Sequence record: PV785814.1
Strand: one strand, 5' to 3'
DNA: 64,000 bases
In this document: in pieces, positions 16,783-26,796 of the stretch
Numbering within the stretch: position 1 is the first letter of the stretch
Layout: each line of letters opens with the position of its first letter
The notes under the pieces: model-generated
Seen by the model: the letters and a program-made list of their open reading frames with translations, nothing else
Told to the model about the DNA's origin: nothing
The model's database searches: none
Program-made: the position numbers and the translations under genes

Positions 16783-19700
16783 TGGCAAATAATTTACAGG
16801 CACCTCCGATTATGGAGGTGTCAATCGACAAATTGACGCGAAACTATGCTGAACTTTCGTGGACGACCGTGGGTGAAAACTTCCGCTACGAAATTCATGT
16901 TCGTTCGGCGGTCAATGTATCGTTCTTGCCGTTTCAGTCATATCAACCGCTATACCCAAACCCGTTTACGGCTGAAACAAGACTGTTCACTGGCATTAAC
17001 GAATCAGTGCGTTACTATCAATGGCGCGTTCGCTCAGTATACAAAGGGTTTGAGCCAAGCGAATGGATTGAATCTGACGTTGGTTACACATCAGAAACGA
17101 ATGATTACGATATAACAACTCAGTCTGAATTCACACCTGCGTCTTCATTCATCGAAGCGCGTTTGAATAATGACAACGACCAGTATCTTAACAGCCGTAA
17201 CCAGCTTCAAGCAACCTTAGTACGCCCAGGTTTTGAATTTGACCCTAATATGTTCAACGCAGATTCTGCCGCATATTGGTTTGTAACTAACCCAGGATTC
17301 AGTGCGAACTACGGGAAAGTGCCGTCTGTGTGTCAGAGTAACAGTCGCGTAATCCCATCGGTTATTGATGACGTGATTTATGCGTTCGAGCGTTGGCAGG
17401 AAGTTTGTAAAGTGTCGAATGACGGCGGTCAAACTTGGCAGACATACAGAGCAACAAACTCACGTCTTGGTAGCCCTGTGTATGATTGTATCTGTAAGCA
17501 GTCTAACACGTTCAGTTACTTGCTAGGGTACGATTACCTTATTCAAGGCGTTGCGTCTACTGACGTTGATTACTCGCACGATAACGGTACAGAATACAGC
17601 CATGCCTCAGTTGACTTGACGTTCGATAAACTAGACTTCGATTTAGGATTCGGATTTGATGTTGAGCGTTTCAAAGATCTTGCTATTCTACCACCACAAG
17701 TGCGTCACAAAGCAGATGCATTTGGTGTAGATGACGTGATGACTGTGGTTACTCATGGTAACACATACGTATGGCACAACAATAGAATCCCACGAATCTT
17801 CGATGAAGTTCTATCAGATCTTTACGGCGAACGTATATTCGAAACTACGGCTATTGTAGATAACGAGCCAGTATATTTTGCCGAACCGATTGTATTGAAC
17901 GATGTTAGCCGACCTGCGTTTGATGAAAACACAGCCGACGTGTGTGTTAAGAAAATTCAGTACTTCGATGACCCAGAACAAGGTATCGAATATCAAGACG
18001 GTAACATGTATGCTCTAGTTATCGGTGAGTGGGAACACGACGGCAATGGTAAACGAATCGGCACATCAGACCCAAATGAAATTCGTGGCGTATATCGTCT
18101 GAATCGTGTTCCGATTATGGACGGTGCGATTGTAGTTGGGTATGAGAACTTAGAGTGGGAACGTGTATACGGAAACATTCCAGAAGAACGTGAACTATTG
18201 AATGAGCGTTCGGTTATTTCTCGCGATAATACTCACTTGATTGTAGGTCATGACTTGACTAAAAACTATGGTGAAGAAGGCAACCCTGCTTATGACAATC
18301 GCCAAGAGTCAAGCGGTGCACCGGGCAACTATCACTCACAACCGGGTGATCGTTACGGTACAATTGACGACCCGTACTTAGTTGCAGACAACGACGAAGT
18401 TGACGAAGCTGTTCGCATGTTCACCAAGCCGTTCTTTACGACTTACGTTAAGCCAATGACTCAAATCATTGCAACAAAAGACGGTGATACATGGGATTAC
18501 AAGCCACAAGATTACTACGGTGCAGCGCATTTTAACTGGATGCAGCGTGCAGAAACACGCGACTGGAAATCGTGGGCAAACGAAATCATGTACTACAAGA
18601 AAGAGTCAATCTTCCGTCATGATTTTGCAGATCTTGAAGCAGTTCGTTGGAAAGAAACATTCAACGAAGGCGAATACATGTTTGAAGCGCCAAATCTGAC
18701 TATTTTCGGATTTAACGGCTATTCAGCAGGTGCGATTATTCACACCAAGAACGACAACAAAGTGGTTGGGTACTATAGATTCCCGTATCGCGTAGACATC
18801 ACAGCACCGATTCGTTGGTCGCCAGAACGTCGCGTAATCACAGCAAGTCTTTCTAACTATACGCCTGTTATCATTGAGCCGCCAGCAGAAGATCCAACAA
18901 CTATGTTAGATCCAACGTTGACACCATTGGTTTACAAAATGATGCCAGAAAACTACTTAGACGCAGACGGATTCTACAAGAGTTTCGCGAAGCACTACTT
19001 AGATTTCATCAGTAAAGGCGACGGCACAGCATACAACAACGTATACAACTTGCTAAACAGCAAAAACCCGCTTGATGATCATTACACTGAGTATCTTCAC
19101 AAGCTAGTATACGAGCGTAACCGAATTCTAGAGCCAGAGAAGCGTGATGCAGTTGTTAAGTTCTTCTTAGCAAGACGCGCAGACTTCTACAGCACGAAAG
19201 GTATTCTTGATTCGTACAAATTCTTGTTTAAGTTGCTGTACAATGAACAAGTCGATATTGAAATTGAATCCCTGAACACATTCGAATACGCGATTGTTGT
19301 AAACTCTAATGATGTAACAGATGATATTGTTGGTCGTCGTATATACTCAGAAACGGGTAACGCAGACGTGACATACATCGACCGTTACTACATTGAGGGT
19401 AAGCGTTACTGGAAATTGACTCTAAACAACCTAATCGGTGAGCTTAATATCGGTGATGCATTGTCTATTGACGGCATTGAATTTGCAGCAACTGCAATCA
19501 CTCGCGTACAAGGTGAGCGAATCGACTATGACTCGAACGAGTTCTTAGATCGAAGCAAAACTTACTACGTTATGAAATTGCGTTCTGAATTGCAATTGAG
19601 CCAGTACAAAGACGACGTAATCCGTTTTGTACATCCAATCGGCTTCGGCTTCTTGGGAATCACGTTGCTAACAGTTCTGATCAATCATGGTATCTCAGTT

Positions 19701-20279
19701 GAGCACCATGAAACAATCGTAGATTCGTTCAGATTGGTTCGTTACGACAACGGCATTGGTTTGAATTTCACCGAAGAAACATCATTGTTGAATTTCAGTG
19801 ATGAGCGTGTTTATAACTCGTTTGGTGAGATTCAATTGAAACCACACCCATTAGCACTAGAAGACCCGCTTGATCACGTGATTCATGACAGAATCAACAA
19901 CACTCAAGGGGTTACAGTAACCGAATACAACGATTACTGGAGCAATGAGCGTGTGATTGCACTCGATGAATCAGTCGTGATTGATGAGCAACGATATATA
20001 GAGACAGACACGGGTGATATTAACGACATTTGGGGCGGGAAACAGCGCGTGCTTAACCCAGATTACAACCCAACTGCGAAAGTTCAACCGGCAGATGCAA
20101 ATGGTTCAATTCAGTGGAGCATGACTCCATACGAACGTGCACCATCATTCATGTTCGACTGGTCGACTGCCGCAATGAGTATTTCAGACATGTACGAAGA
20201 TGTTGAGTACAGACTGAAAGACAATGTTGGTAACCCATATGACCCAGAAACGCCGACTCAAAAACAAATAGGTGAATAA
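16782..20279 (+). CDS. 7: gp7 baseplate wedge initiator
   Basis: N-terminal Fn3-like segment, FYSTKGILDSYKFLFKLLY, FVHPIGFGF, YRLKDNVGNPYDP. Confidence 0.93.
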   Translation: MANNLQAPPIMEVSIDKLTRNYAELSWTTVGENFRYEIHVRSAVNVSFLPFQSYQPLYPNPFTAETRLFTGINESVRYYQWRVRSVYKGFEPSEWIESDVGYTSETNDYDITTQSEFTPASSFIEARLNNDNDQYLNSRNQLQATLVRPGFEFDPNMFNADSAAYWFVTNPGFSANYGKVPSVCQSNSRVIPSVIDDVIYAFERWQEVCKVSNDGGQTWQTYRATNSRLGSPVYDCICKQSNTFSYLLGYDYLIQGVASTDVDYSHDNGTEYSHASVDLTFDKLDFDLGFGFDVERFKDLAILPPQVRHKADAFGVDDVMTVVTHGNTYVWHNNRIPRIFDEVLSDLYGERIFETTAIVDNEPVYFAEPIVLNDVSRPAFDENTADVCVKKIQYFDDPEQGIEYQDGNMYALVIGEWEHDGNGKRIGTSDPNEIRGVYRLNRVPIMDGAIVVGYENLEWERVYGNIPEERELLNERSVISRDNTHLIVGHDLTKNYGEEGNPAYDNRQESSGAPGNYHSQPGDRYGTIDDPYLVADNDEVDEAVRMFTKPFFTTYVKPMTQIIATKDGDTWDYKPQDYYGAAHFNWMQRAETRDWKSWANEIMYYKKESIFRHDFADLEAVRWKETFNEGEYMFEAPNLTIFGFNGYSAGAIIHTKNDNKVVGYYRFPYRVDITAPIRWSPERRVITASLSNYTPVIIEPPAEDPTTMLDPTLTPLVYKMMPENYLDADGFYKSFAKHYLDFISKGDGTAYNNVYNLLNSKNPLDDHYTEYLHKLVYERNRILEPEKRDAVVKFFLARRADFYSTKGILDSYKFLFKLLYNEQVDIEIESLNTFEYAIVVNSNDVTDDIVGRRIYSETGNADVTYIDRYYIEGKRYWKLTLNNLIGELNIGDALSIDGIEFAATAITRVQGERIDYDSNEFLDRSKTYYVMKLRSELQLSQYKDDVIRFVHPIGFGFLGITLLTVLINHGISVEHHETIVDSFRLVRYDNGIGLNFTEETSLLNFSDERVYNSFGEIQLKPHPLALEDPLDHVIHDRINNTQGVTVTEYNDYWSNERVIALDESVVIDEQRYIETDTGDINDIWGGKQRVLNPDYNPTAKVQPADANGSIQWSMTPYERAPSFMFDWSTAAMSISDMYEDVEYRLKDNVGNPYDPETPTQKQIGE

Positions 20280-21303
20280 AGTGGCAAAAATTTACAGATC
20301 AACAATCACAACAGAATATCGAGTTAATAACTTGATGAACTTCTACGAAAACGTAGGTGATGAAGACGACAAGAACACGATTTACCTTATGTTCGGTCGT
20401 AATGAACCATGGTCAGATCGCGAAGATGAAATAAACTTCGCGCCACCTTACCCGAACGATAGCCCAGACGGCAAAGCCGACGTTTGGGCTCGTGCGCTAG
20501 GTCTGATCAAGATTCCAAAAGCACAGCTTCGCCCTGTAATCCCTCGTAAGGATTGGGGCGACCCTGATTTGAACAACTCGCTTCGTTTTACGTTCGGTGA
20601 CATCGTAACAGTTAACACAATGTCTGTCAACAGTCACCCGAGCGCGTTGAACGGCTACATGGTTTATCGCTGTATTGACATCCCTGAAACAGACCCGAAT
20701 AACACTAATATTCGAGGTACATGTTCGATTGCAACGGTGACAAACAAAGACGACTGTGTGGCAGTTGGCGGTGAATGGCTAGCGCCTTCATCACCTGGCA
20801 ACCAAGAGAACATCCCTCACGGTACAGGTAACGCGATTGAAACAGGCGACGGCTACATTTGGGAATACTTGTACACGATTCCGCCGAACGAAGTTCTGAC
20901 TAACGTAACGCAAGAATACATCGTATGTCCGTTCCCAGAAGACATCATTGAAAATCGCGTGGCATGGGGTCTTGATCAGAACATCGTTTTCAATGAAAAC
21001 TATGACGAGACGATTTTCAGTGTTGGTGCAGTTCAGCTTCGATTCAGAGCAAAACTAGCAGGTTCTGACTTCATTCATTTGTTCGGACCCGGTAATCAGG
21101 GCTATCGTCAAATTTCGATAGTTCAAAACCCGTTACTAGTTCGAGAAGAAGGTGCGACTGAAGACACTAAAGCGACTGCAACACGTTATGACCCATATCA
21201 GATTCAAGCCGGTACAGGTCAGGTAATCTACATGGAAAACCGACAGCCGATTCGTAAGACGCTCGACCAAGTAGAAGAGTTCAACTTGATCTACAACTTC
21301 TAA
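20272..21303 (+). CDS. 8: gp8 baseplate wedge subunit
   Basis: IYRSTITTEYR, FAPPYPND, PRKDWGDP, GDGYIWEYLYTIP, YMENRQPI. Confidence 0.95.
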   Translation: MNKVAKIYRSTITTEYRVNNLMNFYENVGDEDDKNTIYLMFGRNEPWSDREDEINFAPPYPNDSPDGKADVWARALGLIKIPKAQLRPVIPRKDWGDPDLNNSLRFTFGDIVTVNTMSVNSHPSALNGYMVYRCIDIPETDPNNTNIRGTCSIATVTNKDDCVAVGGEWLAPSSPGNQENIPHGTGNAIETGDGYIWEYLYTIPPNEVLTNVTQEYIVCPFPEDIIENRVAWGLDQNIVFNENYDETIFSVGAVQLRFRAKLAGSDFIHLFGPGNQGYRQISIVQNPLLVREEGATEDTKATATRYDPYQIQAGTGQVIYMENRQPIRKTLDQVEEFNLIYNF

Positions 21304-21359
21304 TAAATACAGTAAATAACTCATTAGGCGCGAAGATCGCGCCTTTCTTGGAGATTAAG

Positions 21360-22316
21360 ATGGGACGACAAAGATTAGAAACTGGTACTGCGGGTTCGGT
21401 TGGTACTGGTGACACAATTCACAACGGTGGTAACAAGCTGCGTGATAACTCAGACGAGTTCTACCACATCAATTCAGACTTTGAATTGACTGAAGCAGGC
21501 GAAAACTATATCCCTGCATACAATGACAACGCGCCTCGACCACACGCAGGTGGTTATTGGAACAGAATTCCGCCAAGTTCAACTGCGGGTGGTTCAGGTG
21601 GTCCGAACAACACAAACTTGCTTACGTCTATCGTGACGGGTGGGAAATACGACATTGACACATCAGCACTAGGTGGCGGTGCATCAATGACGCTGAACTT
21701 GCCTAAAATCGGCACGACTGCGGGTATGGCAAAGCGCGGTGAGCGAATTGAATTTCAAAACACAACTGCGACGTTAGACACAAACCCGATTGTAATTTCA
21801 CCATCGGCTGGTGATGCTATCGTAGGCGCTTCTGAGTTAAACGGAACACAAATCGTTCGTACGAATCGCTGCCATATTGTTTGTACAGTAATCGACGACG
21901 GTACTGGTCTAGCAGGTACGCCACAATGGGGAATTAAGATAAACCCATTAGTAGGTGACTTTGGCGCGCCAGTAAACGACACGATTTACTCAATCCCAGA
22001 TACAGTGACAGTTACAATGCCGCTATTTGACGTACTATCATATGCAGCATGTAAATTGATGGTATATGCAGAGAACAGCGACCCACTACAAGGTGGCGCG
22101 GTTACTCGTCGTATGTCTTCGGAATTGTTGCTGCTAAATAATGTAACAGACGTTTATATTGATGAATACTCAGTAATCAATACAGACAAAGATTTTGGTA
22201 ACTTGATTCTGATTGAACCTAGAGTTGACAGCGGTGTTATTGTACTGGACATCACTTCTAATGATGACAACGTTTCAATTGCTATCAAATCTATCGAAAC
22301 AATCAGACTATCGTAA
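21360..22316 (+). CDS. 9: gp9 baseplate long tail fibre connector
   Basis: GTGDTIHNGGNKLRDN; C-terminal VSIAIKSIETI; ATG after GGAG at 21360. Confidence 0.88.
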   Translation: MGRQRLETGTAGSVGTGDTIHNGGNKLRDNSDEFYHINSDFELTEAGENYIPAYNDNAPRPHAGGYWNRIPPSSTAGGSGGPNNTNLLTSIVTGGKYDIDTSALGGGASMTLNLPKIGTTAGMAKRGERIEFQNTTATLDTNPIVISPSAGDAIVGASELNGTQIVRTNRCHIVCTVIDDGTGLAGTPQWGIKINPLVGDFGAPVNDTIYSIPDTVTVTMPLFDVLSYAACKLMVYAENSDPLQGGAVTRRMSSELLLLNNVTDVYIDEYSVINTDKDFGNLILIEPRVDSGVIVLDITSNDDNVSIAIKSIETIRLS

Positions 22317-22325
22317 GGGACAATA

Positions 22326-24572
22326 ATGAAACAGACGATCAACGTCGGGCAAATTGTTGACGACGGTACTGGTGATTACCTAAGACAAGGTGGCATCAAG
22401 ACTCGTGACAATTTCGACGAAATATACAGTCATTTAGGCGACGGTAGCAGACTATATGCTGCCGGTGCTTGGCGCACTTGGAAATTTGCTTCTACATATC
22501 TGAACGGTGATTCATCGTACAACCCTGCTAACGCTGAACTGTATTTCGACGAGAACGGCGATGGTCAGGGCCCTGAGCTATATGCAAGCTTCGGTGAGTC
22601 ATGGACGGTCGACACGTCTCTTGGTTCAGTGAACGTATATCTACCATCAGGGGTAGAAGAAGCAGACTACGGCAAAGCTATTCGAGTTCGTGACGTTAAA
22701 GGCACATGGGATAAACAGCTTGTTACAATCTACCCAGACCCTAAAGACTCAATTAAGCGTGTGGCTGGTGCAGCACAAAACGAATTAGGTTCGGGTGCAG
22801 AATTCAGCAATGCGTATCAAGACTTAGAGCTAGTTTTCACACCACCACGCCACTGGGAATATGTTGCTCAGAAATACGTAAACGGCTTGACATTTGGTGA
22901 TGTTCCTAGTGTTTTACGTCGTGCATTAATTTCACGTCAAGATCAGCGTGACTTTAACATGTCACTTGAGCTAAACGGTGGTATATACAACCAAGCAGCG
23001 GTTGAAGTTTATCGTCGCGGTAACTTGCTGTACTTCGGTACAGATTTAAACGACTTCAGCGACTACGGTTCAGTTCCGTTGCATACAGTTGATGCGTGGG
23101 TTGCTAACAACCCTGAAACGTACTATGTTGGTGATTTAGTTCGAGGTGATGCAGTTACAGGTCGTGACGACCGCGTGTGGCAATGTATTGTCGAGCACAA
23201 CAGCATCGGTACATGGCAAGAGAACAACTGGGCTGAATTCGCAGATTTCCCAGATTACGTAGACCATACAGGCTCAACGGCATATGCAGTCGGCGATATT
23301 GTAACTCAAGATCATGGTGGGTTCTCTCAAACGTTCGAATGTTTGATTTCTCACACTTCAGCAGCGGGCTATACAGACCTGACAGCCGATAGTCGTTGGA
23401 AACAATTGACAAACGATGACTTAGCACCATTAGACGGCAGAACTATTCGCTTGCGTCTACCTGCTAACGAAAACGACCCGATTGCAATGGTCACCTACTT
23501 GAGTGACGTATCGAGCTTCCGTAGCAGCTATGTTTTGAAATCGATCAGATTAATTGACGAAAACAACTATGGTGTCGAAGAGTCGCCGGGTGCTATTGTC
23601 AAGAAAGAATTTGTTCCTGACATGACAGTTGAACTAGTAGACTTTGGTTTCCCAGAGTATACACAATTCAACACAGAAACGCTAGAAGTTCTTGTGAACG
23701 GTACTCAGTTGACACGTGCTAACACAGCCGGTAACGGTGATAGTCAGAGTGGCGGTGATTACGATTTCGACTACATTCAAGATGCTCAAGGTCGATGGAA
23801 TACGCTAGTTTTTGCTGAAGCACTAAGCGATAGCGACATCGTGACAGTTCGTTGGTACGATAACGTAATCGGCACGCTCCTTTCATGGGATGAAGGCGAC
23901 GATAACCTGCAAGAAAGAACTCGTGAGATCTTCGTATCTCGTGATGACTGGGCAGACGTTCGACGCTTCAACAAAATTCTGTACACTGACCCACTAAACC
24001 CAAGTGCGGCAGTTACTGAAGTACTACCAGACCCAGAAACATTCGCACCTGGCGGTACGTTGATTTCATTGTTTGAAAGTATCTTCCCGATTGGTTCAGT
24101 TTACACGAATGCAAACAACCCGAATAACCCAGCCGATTACATGGGATTCGGTACTTGGGTTCGTTACGGTCCCGGTCGTACAATCGTTGGATGGAACCCG
24201 AATGATGACGGTAAATTCCATCGAAACAATAACAACGAAAACATTGTTCAAGCGGGTGGTACTGGTGGTTCAATTGGCGTTACGCTTACACAAGCTAACA
24301 TCCCAGAACTAATAAGTACAACAAACCCTAACTACAACAATGAAGCAGAGCGCGACATCGGTAACACGACTGAGCAATATAGCTTAGTTGCGCGTTCAGC
24401 AACAGCGGGTGGTGATATTAACTTGAATGGCTGTCTAGGTGACCCAGAGAACACCGTTCCTCTAGCTTACTACAAAGAAGAGCCAATCAAAGTAAACCAC
24501 GGTCAGGTAGCACAAGCAGTTGACGTAACTCAACCGTACATCACTGCATACACTTGGTTAAGGACTGCATAA
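22326..24572 (+). CDS. 10: gp10 baseplate wedge subunit with inserted CBM5/12-like modules
   Basis: KQTINVGQIVDDGTGDYLRQGG, FESIFPIGSVY..NPNNPADYMGFGTW, QPYITAYTWLRTA. Confidence 0.93.
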   Translation: MKQTINVGQIVDDGTGDYLRQGGIKTRDNFDEIYSHLGDGSRLYAAGAWRTWKFASTYLNGDSSYNPANAELYFDENGDGQGPELYASFGESWTVDTSLGSVNVYLPSGVEEADYGKAIRVRDVKGTWDKQLVTIYPDPKDSIKRVAGAAQNELGSGAEFSNAYQDLELVFTPPRHWEYVAQKYVNGLTFGDVPSVLRRALISRQDQRDFNMSLELNGGIYNQAAVEVYRRGNLLYFGTDLNDFSDYGSVPLHTVDAWVANNPETYYVGDLVRGDAVTGRDDRVWQCIVEHNSIGTWQENNWAEFADFPDYVDHTGSTAYAVGDIVTQDHGGFSQTFECLISHTSAAGYTDLTADSRWKQLTNDDLAPLDGRTIRLRLPANENDPIAMVTYLSDVSSFRSSYVLKSIRLIDENNYGVEESPGAIVKKEFVPDMTVELVDFGFPEYTQFNTETLEVLVNGTQLTRANTAGNGDSQSGGDYDFDYIQDAQGRWNTLVFAEALSDSDIVTVRWYDNVIGTLLSWDEGDDNLQERTREIFVSRDDWADVRRFNKILYTDPLNPSAAVTEVLPDPETFAPGGTLISLFESIFPIGSVYTNANNPNNPADYMGFGTWVRYGPGRTIVGWNPNDDGKFHRNNNNENIVQAGGTGGSIGVTLTQANIPELISTTNPNYNNEAERDIGNTTEQYSLVARSATAGGDINLNGCLGDPENTVPLAYYKEEPIKVNHGQVAQAVDVTQPYITAYTWLRTA

Positions 24573-25258
24573 TGACAACTAAAGCAAGACATGCGTCACG
24601 AGTGTGGAGCAATGATTCTCGCATGAAAATCTTCGATCAAACGGCAATTGATGACTCGGGCTTGTTCCCGGGTGATCGCTTCAACTTCCGCGGTGCGGTA
24701 TTAGGCGATTCAACAATTGATGAGATTCAAGAGGGTGCGTGGGATCCAAACGTTCAAGCTGCTATCATGCAGCTTGCAATGGCAGCAATCATGCCAGTAG
24801 GCACGATTATTGCTTCATCAGACGCAACGAACCCGTTCAACACGAACCAGTTCAATGAAACAATCACGTATAGCGGAACATCAGGCGTAGATAACATCAG
24901 CTTGTATGGTGTATCAGTTCAACTTAACGTCGGTGATTCAGACAACGACATTGCAGAAAAAGTCTTCACGGCTCTTCACGCATCGGCATTGTTTGATACT
25001 GTACCAACAGACCACGTTGCACCGTCGAATACGTTTCTTTTGAAACACCGTAGTTCAAGACCGCACAATACAGCGTACACAACGACGCTCACAGACATTT
25101 TAGACCCTGAGGGTAGTCCAACAGGGATTCAAGCTCAAAGTGTCGTGACGGGTACTTCAGACGGTCAGAAGAGCTTAGGTTACGGTGAGTGGGAACTGTA
25201 TTACACAGACACGCTAACATTCCCAGATACAGTTTATTACTATAGAAGGATTGCATAA
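24572..25258 (+). CDS. 11: gp11 short tail fibre connector
   Basis: Synteny; GAVLGDSTI...IMPVGTII; GYGEWE; YYYRRIA end. Confidence 0.85.
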   Translation: MTTKARHASRVWSNDSRMKIFDQTAIDDSGLFPGDRFNFRGAVLGDSTIDEIQEGAWDPNVQAAIMQLAMAAIMPVGTIIASSDATNPFNTNQFNETITYSGTSGVDNISLYGVSVQLNVGDSDNDIAEKVFTALHASALFDTVPTDHVAPSNTFLLKHRSSRPHNTAYTTTLTDILDPEGSPTGIQAQSVVTGTSDGQKSLGYGEWELYYTDTLTFPDTVYYYRRIA

Positions 25259-26796
25259 TGTCAGGAACAAACATATTCACGCACGTTAGTGACGAGGCAC
25301 AATATGTTTACCTGCAACCGTTCGTATCGCCTGGCGCAGCTTTTGAGTCAGGCGGTGACGTACAGAGTATCTTAGAGCAAATCGACCCAAGTGCGTTAGC
25401 TGAATTGCCACCACTCCCTTATGCGACTTCAACTGAGCTAGGGGCGGTTGAATATTCAACTCAAGCCGAGGCAAACGCACTAGACGATCTGCTAACTGTG
25501 CTTACACCTGAGACTCTTGACGGGGTTGACCAGTTTGTATCGCCAGCAACGGATACTCAGTTAGGTAACTTACAAGAACTACGCACAATTGATTTGACTC
25601 GAACTTATGCATCATCGGACGCAAGTCGCTTGCTATCATATCGTCGATTAGAAGAAATGATGACAGTCAGAAATGCTCTTGACGATGACACAACTGATCA
25701 GTCTCGTGGATTTTCGCAATTTGCAACGCTTGCTGAATCACTGTCATATGCGCCAAACCGATTTATTTCACCGATGAGAACGTGGAACTTAATCAAAACT
25801 GAGATTCCAAACCCATGGTCTCAAGCCACTGAAGCATTGAAAGGCGTCGTTAGAACAGTAGGTCCCGGTGATGCTAACAAATCAGATGCATCAATCGCAA
25901 TCAGTGTGAAAGGCTTGAACTACGTATCGGCTGCTAAAGCAAAACGCGGTGCGTTTAAGCTAACTCAAAACAACTATGATAGAAACGCAAGTGATGCCAA
26001 TGAATACGCAATCACGCCAAACACAATAGACAATTTGTTGGGCACGTCTGACAAACACGGCTTCTTTCAATTACCTGCTACGTACGTGAATGATAGCACG
26101 CAAGTAACAAGCGCAGCACTAGGGTATGATTTAGCAGATAAGTTGGGACCGACTGGCGGTACAATCACAGGAACACTTCAGTGTGACAATATCATCAGTA
26201 AACTAGTTACTAGACAAAAACAAACGAACTATAACGGGACGTATTATGTCAATGTAACTGAGAACAGAGAAATGTTCCCAAATGATCAGTTAGACGGTAA
26301 GATCGGTCTAGCAGGTCGCCCAATAGGCAGTATTTTCCACTGCACTGCAAACGTTGACCCGAATACGTTGTTCGGTGGTGTTTGGTATAGAATCACGGGC
26401 GGTCAGACTATGATGGGGCAGGGAACGGGCAATGACGGTCTTCGTAAGCGATTTTTCTCAGCCGGTTCTACTAGAAATGATAGCAGAGTGACACTATCTG
26501 AATCACAATTGCCGAAACACAGTCATAAAAGTTGGGGTGAAGCATACACGGGTTCTAAATCACAGTGTATAAAATACGATGAAATTCGCAACCCATACGG
26601 CGTGACTTACAAATGTACTCAATATAGCTATGTTGACTACTGGCCATTTGGCTACACCGGTTCAAGAAATAATGTGGGCATGGGTGCTACTGACCATGAT
26701 AACTACATGTACTACACATCACCAGTCGGTGGGAATCAGGCTCATGAAAATATGATGCCATTCTACGCCGTTTATATTTGGAGACGAGTTAAATGA
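25258..26796 (+). CDS. 12: gp12-like short tail fibre, paralogue A (512 aa)
   Basis: NIFTHVSDEAQYV start, ASE/AT..G repeats, collar motif PIGSIF, HSH metal motif, YAVYIWRRV. Confidence 0.85.
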   Translation: MSGTNIFTHVSDEAQYVYLQPFVSPGAAFESGGDVQSILEQIDPSALAELPPLPYATSTELGAVEYSTQAEANALDDLLTVLTPETLDGVDQFVSPATDTQLGNLQELRTIDLTRTYASSDASRLLSYRRLEEMMTVRNALDDDTTDQSRGFSQFATLAESLSYAPNRFISPMRTWNLIKTEIPNPWSQATEALKGVVRTVGPGDANKSDASIAISVKGLNYVSAAKAKRGAFKLTQNNYDRNASDANEYAITPNTIDNLLGTSDKHGFFQLPATYVNDSTQVTSAALGYDLADKLGPTGGTITGTLQCDNIISKLVTRQKQTNYNGTYYVNVTENREMFPNDQLDGKIGLAGRPIGSIFHCTANVDPNTLFGGVWYRITGGQTMMGQGTGNDGLRKRFFSAGSTRNDSRVTLSESQLPKHSHKSWGEAYTGSKSQCIKYDEIRNPYGVTYKCTQYSYVDYWPFGYTGSRNNVGMGATDHDNYMYYTSPVGGNQAHENMMPFYAVYIWRRVK

